This document shows, one piece after another, positions 34,439 to 38,935 of a stretch of 38,935 nucleotides of DNA. The DNA lies in the IMG/VR virus record IMGVR_UViG_3300027820_000555, positions 1 through 38,935 of that record. The stretch is one strand, 5' to 3'. Position numbers and translations under genes: made by a program. Below the pieces are notes generated by a model. That model saw nothing but the letters and a program-made list of their open reading frames with translations, did not search any database and had not been told where the DNA came from. This DNA comes from a virus. Lineage: Duplodnaviria > Caudoviricetes. How positions within the stretch are numbered: position 1 is the first letter of the stretch; each line of letters opens with the position of its first letter.

Positions 34439-34750
34439 ATGACCACCGATAACGTCATGGACATTGGTGTACGGTTCAAATCGGAACCCGATGACGATCA
34501 AATATTTGAGGTCGTTCGGGATCGTGAATGCCACCATCAATATCGAATTGATATCGAATCAGACACTGTATATTGCGCTAAGTGTCCAAAGACTTTCAAT
34601 CCGATGGCAGTGCTTCTTGAGTTTGCTAGACAGGAAGAAAGATGGCGGTTGGCGCGCGAATCTTATCAGGATGAAATGACGCGCCTTCGGAAGAGAAAGA
34701 AGACCAAATGCGACCATTGCGGTCGTATGACATCGATTTCGAAAAGATAA
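34439..34750 (+). CDS. Zinc-finger-like hypothetical protein
   Basis: CHH, CAKC and KCDHCG motifs; AAGGA RBS. Confidence 0.75.
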   Translation: MTTDNVMDIGVRFKSEPDDDQIFEVVRDRECHHQYRIDIESDTVYCAKCPKTFNPMAVLLEFARQEERWRLARESYQDEMTRLRKRKKTKCDHCGRMTSISKR

Positions 34751-34768
34751 CCCATGCACGCCGCTGTC

Positions 34769-34797
34769 TTGACATATGAACGGAATGCGACCATGGT
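34769..34797 (+). promoter_or_regulatory. Promoter of the C4/antirepressor module
   Basis: TTGACA-N17-CATGGT; the spacer contains GAAC-N7-GACC (34778-34792). Confidence 0.65.
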
Positions 34798-34889
34798 TGG
34801 AGTTGGAGCTCACAACTCTAACAAGCGGATGGTCGCGCCGTTATTGCGGCTATTTTCATGCCTGGATTCTGTCCAGGCATCCCGTCTTT

Positions 34890-34965
34890 TGGCGGGAGTC
34901 CGGGTAATACAAGACCCTTCGGGGGAATATCCGGGCCTGTCTTGTTCAGGTGTGAACTCCCGCCA
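34890..34965 (+). ncRNA. C4/CI-type antisense RNA no. 2
   Basis: Closing stem TGGCGGGAGT/ACTCCCGCCA with an internal CCC-TTCG-GGG hairpin; seeds CTTGTT and TGTGA have complements upstream (34810-34825) and downstream (34977-35016). Confidence 0.82.
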
Positions 34966-35026
34966 CCAGGCGGCTCTCACAGGCTCTCTGAGTGGCGCAT
35001 ATAAACGCCAAACAAGAGGGCTTGTT

Positions 35027-35557
35027 ATGACCGCTAAATCAAAAGACCTTGTCTTCCAAGGCACTGAAATCAAAACCATAGAACGCAATGGAGAGCGTTG
35101 GTTGACGGGCTTGCAAATTGCAAGCGCGTTAGAATTTGCCAACCCACGTGCCGACATCGCAAACATCTACCGTCGCCACAAAGGCGAATTCACCAGAGAT
35201 ATGACGGACCTGATTAAGCAGGGGCGCACCAGGGTGCGGGCATTCAGCCCGAGGGGGGCTTGGCTCATTGCCATGTTTGCCCGCACCCCGCGTGCTGCTG
35301 CGTTCCGCCATTGGGTGCTGGACGTACTGGAAGGCAAAGAGGGCCCCAGCGCCCAGGCATTAGAGCGCGCCTTTGAACACGGGTACAACACGTGCAAGGC
35401 GCATCAAATGATACGGGACGCCCGGTCGATGATTGACAGCATAGACTTAGGCCCAAGCCCGATGACGCGGGAAGACGTAGGCAAAGCCTTCGACGCCTCC
35501 CTCCTTCTCCTAACCGCCGACAGCATATCCCTAAAACCGAAAGGCCAAATCCAATGA
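35027..35557 (+). CDS. Bro-N domain antirepressor-like protein
   Basis: LVFQG..I..IERNGERWLT...IASAL.F......I..IYRRH..EF...MT...RAFSPRGAWLIAMFARTPRAAAFRHWVLD. Confidence 0.88.
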   Translation: MTAKSKDLVFQGTEIKTIERNGERWLTGLQIASALEFANPRADIANIYRRHKGEFTRDMTDLIKQGRTRVRAFSPRGAWLIAMFARTPRAAAFRHWVLDVLEGKEGPSAQALERAFEHGYNTCKAHQMIRDARSMIDSIDLGPSPMTREDVGKAFDASLLLLTADSISLKPKGQIQ

Positions 35558-35898
35558 GTGAGACGACACGAATTGACCACCCTAAGAACGAGTGGAGATG
35601 GTACGGCGGCACCGATGAGGAACGCCTTGATTATGGGCCCATGCTCACAAGAGAAGACGCGATAGAAGAGGTCTTTGAACAGGAGTATTGGGGGTGCTTA
35701 GATGAAGAGATGTTCCGCATCTGTGAATGTCTGCCGCCAGAGCCAGACGAAGACTTTGAAGATGATTGCCTTGAAGACGGCGACTATATATTTCCCGATC
35801 ACCGCAACGTAGAACACTTCACCTTTGCAGAAGCCAGGAAATTAGTCGAGGCCATCAGGGCAAAGCGCAACCCAGCGGAGGGCCAAGTCGATGGCTGA
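35554..35898 (+). CDS. Acidic hypothetical protein
   Basis: ATGA coupling; WYGGTDEE...GP..TREDAI. Confidence 0.7.
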   Translation: MSETTRIDHPKNEWRWYGGTDEERLDYGPMLTREDAIEEVFEQEYWGCLDEEMFRICECLPPEPDEDFEDDCLEDGDYIFPDHRNVEHFTFAEARKLVEAIRAKRNPAEGQVDG

Positions 35899-36967
35899 GA
35901 AATCACACATAGAATGGACTGACGCGACCTGGAATCCGATCACCGGATGCAGCGTTGTAAAGCGTGGCTGCAAGAACTGCTATGCCATGAAGCTGGCCGG
36001 TGGCCGCCTCAAAAACATCCCCTCACGTAAAGGGCTGACCCAGCCGTCCAAAAACGGCCCCGTATGGACCGGCGAAGTGCGCTTCAATGAACAATGGCTA
36101 GACCAGCCCTTAAGATGGAAGAAGCCCCGCCGCATCTTCGTCTGCGCCCACGGCGACCTCTTCCATGAGAACGTCCCCGATGAATGGATAGACCAAGTGT
36201 TTGCGGTGATGTCCAGTTGTCCGCAGCACACCTTCCAAATCCTCACCAAGAGACCGCGGCGCATGTACAAATACATGATGTCTCAAGGAAGGGAATTCTT
36301 AATCGGCCATGAGATGGGCAAAATCTACTATGAGCGCTTCGATGGCAACCGCGTGCCAAAATCACTCGAAGAAGCCAGGAAGAACCCAGACCAATTAGGC
36401 TGGCCCCTATCCAACGTCTGGCTTGGCGTCTCTGTCGAAGACCAAGAGACCGCAAACGAACGCATCCCCTATCTGCTGGACACCCCAGCGGCGGTGCGAT
36501 GGACCAGCGCCGAACCATTGCTTGATGAGTTGGACCTGGAAAACCTGGACCTAAACGCTTTCATGGCAGCAGACGCGGTACCGCGGGCTTACACTGATTA
36601 TCATAGGATTCATTTGGACGCCCTGCGTGGCAATATCAAGCCAGTCGATCATGAGTCACTTTCGGGGCTGGATTGGGTAGTGGTCGGGGGCGAAAGCGGC
36701 CCAGGCTGGCGGCCTTTCAATCCAGATTGGGCCCGCAAGTTGAGAGACCAATGCGCCAGCGCAGGCGTTGCGTTCTTCATGAAACAAATGGGCGGCAAGG
36801 CTGATATCCCCGAAGACCTGCAAGTCCGCGACTGGCCTTTCGCCGCTCAATATTGGGGCGACTACAGCGATGAGGTCACGGAAGAACATATCAAAGCAAT
36901 CCGCGAAGCCACCGGCAACGTCCACCCAGACGACCCCCGCGTCACTTACATAAGCAAAGGATGGTGA
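35891..36967 (+). CDS. DUF5131 (phage Gp37/Gp68) radical-SAM-like protein
   Basis: IEWTDATWNPITGC.....GCKNCYA, QILTKRP, NVWLGVSVE, SAEPLL, DWVVVGGESG and FFMKQ. Confidence 0.93.
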   Translation: MAEKSHIEWTDATWNPITGCSVVKRGCKNCYAMKLAGGRLKNIPSRKGLTQPSKNGPVWTGEVRFNEQWLDQPLRWKKPRRIFVCAHGDLFHENVPDEWIDQVFAVMSSCPQHTFQILTKRPRRMYKYMMSQGREFLIGHEMGKIYYERFDGNRVPKSLEEARKNPDQLGWPLSNVWLGVSVEDQETANERIPYLLDTPAAVRWTSAEPLLDELDLENLDLNAFMAADAVPRAYTDYHRIHLDALRGNIKPVDHESLSGLDWVVVGGESGPGWRPFNPDWARKLRDQCASAGVAFFMKQMGGKADIPEDLQVRDWPFAAQYWGDYSDEVTEEHIKAIREATGNVHPDDPRVTYISKGW

Positions 36968-37578
36968 GCATGAACATCCGTTCAATAACATTCAAACCCG
37001 AAATGATTGAAGCCCTGCTGGATGGCTGCAAAACTCAGACACGCCGCATTATTAAGCCGGGCAAGAGGCCCTTCGAGGTCGGCGACTTCTTATGGGTCAG
37101 AGAGCGGTTGGAGAAATCCGATTATGAGCAATACCTGCTTGATAAATTGGGATGGAGTGACCCACGCGAATGGAAGTGGTCACGCGATTACCTTCTAGCG
37201 ATGCACATGCCCAAGAACCACAGCCGTCTCACCCTGAAAGTCACAGACGTGAGACAGCAACCCGTCCAAGACATCACGGAGACCGACGCCCAGGCAGAGG
37301 GCTTTGCTGATATCGCGGCATTTCAAGCCTATTGGGATGGCATCTACAAAGCCGACCCCCAATATCAATGGGCCTGCAACCCAGCGGTCACGGCTTACAC
37401 CTTCGATGTGGACCACAGAAACATTCATAAAGTGGAACTGGACGCCTTCATTGACGAAGCCCTCGAAAACTTCAGGCCAAAGATGCCACGCTTTATGACG
37501 ATACAAGGCGGCGAGGTTTTGAAGCTTTCACCGGAATCTATCGAGATCGTCCGCAAAGAGTTTGGAGTTGAAGCATGA
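36961..37578 (+). CDS. ASCH/PUA-like domain protein
   Basis: ITF...MIEALLDG.KTQTRR, GD.LWVRE, HMPK..SRLTL.V..VR and DAQAEG; start may be 36970. Confidence 0.8.
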   Translation: MVSMNIRSITFKPEMIEALLDGCKTQTRRIIKPGKRPFEVGDFLWVRERLEKSDYEQYLLDKLGWSDPREWKWSRDYLLAMHMPKNHSRLTLKVTDVRQQPVQDITETDAQAEGFADIAAFQAYWDGIYKADPQYQWACNPAVTAYTFDVDHRNIHKVELDAFIDEALENFRPKMPRFMTIQGGEVLKLSPESIEIVRKEFGVEA

Positions 37579-37898
37579 ACAACATCATTAGTTTGGATAA
37601 CAGGCTTTCTCGCGCTCTGCTAAAAGGCAAGGGCGTAAACCTCAATGCCGATGATTTAAACATACTCGCTTCGATCGGGGTAATGGCGTGCATATCAGCG
37701 GCAAAAGAAAAACAGCTTAGGGAGGAGGCGCAATGCCGGATATCAAAGGCGGAATCTACCAGCGCGGGCAATACTGGCTCGACTATCTCCGAGACAAAGA
37801 CGGTGCCGCAAAATCCGATTGGCTCTATATCCACTGGTACGATCCAGAAAAACGAAGAGGCGCACGCGCATCAACGGGCACGACGGACCCTGCAATAG
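37575..37898 (+). CDS. Hypothetical protein overlapping the integrase 5' end (excisionase position)
   Basis: GGAG RBS, ATGA coupling, 166-nt out-of-frame overlap with the integrase. Confidence 0.5.
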   Translation: MNNIISLDNRLSRALLKGKGVNLNADDLNILASIGVMACISAAKEKQLREEAQCRISKAESTSAGNTGSTISETKTVPQNPIGSISTGTIQKNEEAHAHQRARRTLQ

Positions 37899-38935
37899 CG
37901 CAGCTAAAGCTTGACATTCATTATTTGAAACGCACCAAGGGCTATGCGTCTTGTCCAGCGTGCGGGCAGGACGTTGTTCGCATCGACGGCCATTTCATTG
38001 CAGAGGCGATTTCGGATTACTTCCTGGATCATGGCGACAAACAATCGTCTGCTGTTGAAATCAAGTCACGCTTAAATCATGTGCTTGATTATCTGGAAGC
38101 GGAAAGCCCAGCGGCCACATGTGACGCGGTTGATGATGCGTGGGTCGCCCGATTCCGGGAATGGTCCCAAGACCAGCCATTGAAGACGGGGGCGAAGCGC
38201 TCGCCATCAACAACTGAAAGCGCTGTGCTGCAATTGCGCGCCGCCTTAAACCATGCCTATAACCGCAAGGCTATCGCGCATAAGCCATCGTTCATGGTGA
38301 AGAAGCCGCGTGAGGTGAACAACTCGCCCCGCTATCGCCTAAGTGTCTCTCAAATGCGCGACATGCTGGACTATGCCCTGCAACAAAAGGGCAGGGGGGA
38401 AGCACTCTATCGCTATCTTGTGGCTGCCATGGGTACGCTTGGCCGCCCGGACGCTGTGCTGGATATCTCCACCGATCCAGCACGCGGGCAATGGGACAGC
38501 AGCGCCAGGCTCCTAAACCTAAACCCAATTGGCCGCCAGCAGACGCGAAAGTATCGCGCTCATGTCCCTGTGCCGAACCACTTGGCGAACATGCTGGACA
38601 ATACCAGCGGATATTTCATTCAAAACAAGCGGGGCAGGGTGATGACCATTCGTAATCCATGGGGCACGATGCGCCGCGCCTTGGGCTTGCCGGATGAGGT
38701 TGGCTCCAAATCCATCCGCCGGTCAATGGCCCGCGAACTTCGGATGCGCGGCGCACCAAATGACGAACTGGAATTGTTCCTTGGCCACCGCACATTGAAC
38801 AGCACAACAGAGATTTACGCGCCAGATTCACCCGATTATCTGAGCGCTACATTGGCAACCATCGAGGATGTATTTTCAGACCTAAATCTGGATGTTCTCC
38901 CCGATTACGCGCAACCTGCGCGCAAAAGCGGTTAA
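37733..38935 (+). CDS. Tyrosine recombinase / integrase
   Basis: GGAGG RBS; catalytic R (LGRPDA), K (TRKYR), KSIRR, LGH and Y (EIYA). Confidence 0.92.
   Translation: MPDIKGGIYQRGQYWLDYLRDKDGAAKSDWLYIHWYDPEKRRGARASTGTTDPAIAQLKLDIHYLKRTKGYASCPACGQDVVRIDGHFIAEAISDYFLDHGDKQSSAVEIKSRLNHVLDYLEAESPAATCDAVDDAWVARFREWSQDQPLKTGAKRSPSTTESAVLQLRAALNHAYNRKAIAHKPSFMVKKPREVNNSPRYRLSVSQMRDMLDYALQQKGRGEALYRYLVAAMGTLGRPDAVLDISTDPARGQWDSSARLLNLNPIGRQQTRKYRAHVPVPNHLANMLDNTSGYFIQNKRGRVMTIRNPWGTMRRALGLPDEVGSKSIRRSMARELRMRGAPNDELELFLGHRTLNSTTEIYAPDSPDYLSATLATIEDVFSDLNLDVLPDYAQPARKSG

Larger units (their letters stand above)
1..38935. mobile_element. Temperate phage/prophage with HK97-type head, P2-type contractile tail and lambdoid regulatory layout
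   Basis: Continuous lysis, tail, head, packaging, replication, immunity and integrase modules; att sites are not in the window. Confidence 0.97.

Noticed and set aside
38900-38935. attL/attR sites
   Set aside because: The window ends at gene stops on both sides, and no terminal direct repeat or host tRNA end is visible

Overview
The window is a near-complete temperate phage (prophage) genome, bounded by a holin stop codon at position 1 and an integrase stop codon at 38935. No att sites or host genes are visible. A GapR/DUF2312 gene, a PraR-type XRE gene, a GTA-type holin and a GTTC-N7-GTTC box point to an alphaproteobacterial host. The minus strand (29.3 kb to 1) carries three tRNAs (fMet-CAT, Leu-TAG, Leu-TAA), cII-like, GapR, VRR-NUC, an MT-A70 methyltransferase, DnaB, an iteron-containing initiator and a Q-like regulator. 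These are followed by HNH/terminase, an HK97-type head, a P2-type contractile tail and a lysis cassette whose only candidate lysin is a YkuD (L,D-transpeptidase-fold) protein. The plus strand carries a short repressor with AGCG-N3-CGCT operators and an early operon (SSB, XRE fusion, stray GTA-type tail chaperone, C4-RNA-controlled Bro-N antirepressor, DUF5131, ASCH, integrase). Accessory cargo includes a counter-oriented three-gene RelE-type toxin-antitoxin cassette and two counter-oriented small genes. The most unusual observations are: (1) coupled bridge ORFs that run across the tRNA cluster, both C4 RNAs and the counter-oriented cassettes inside the early operons; (2) two C4-type antisense RNA modules with different seed sequences; (3) tRNAs where cro is expected; (4) a perfect alphaproteobacterial LexA box on the late promoter; (5) a YkuD-fold lysin; (6) a siphovirus/GTA-type tail chaperone in the early operon of a contractile-tailed phage. 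All family assignments come from motif recognition and gene order, without database searches.
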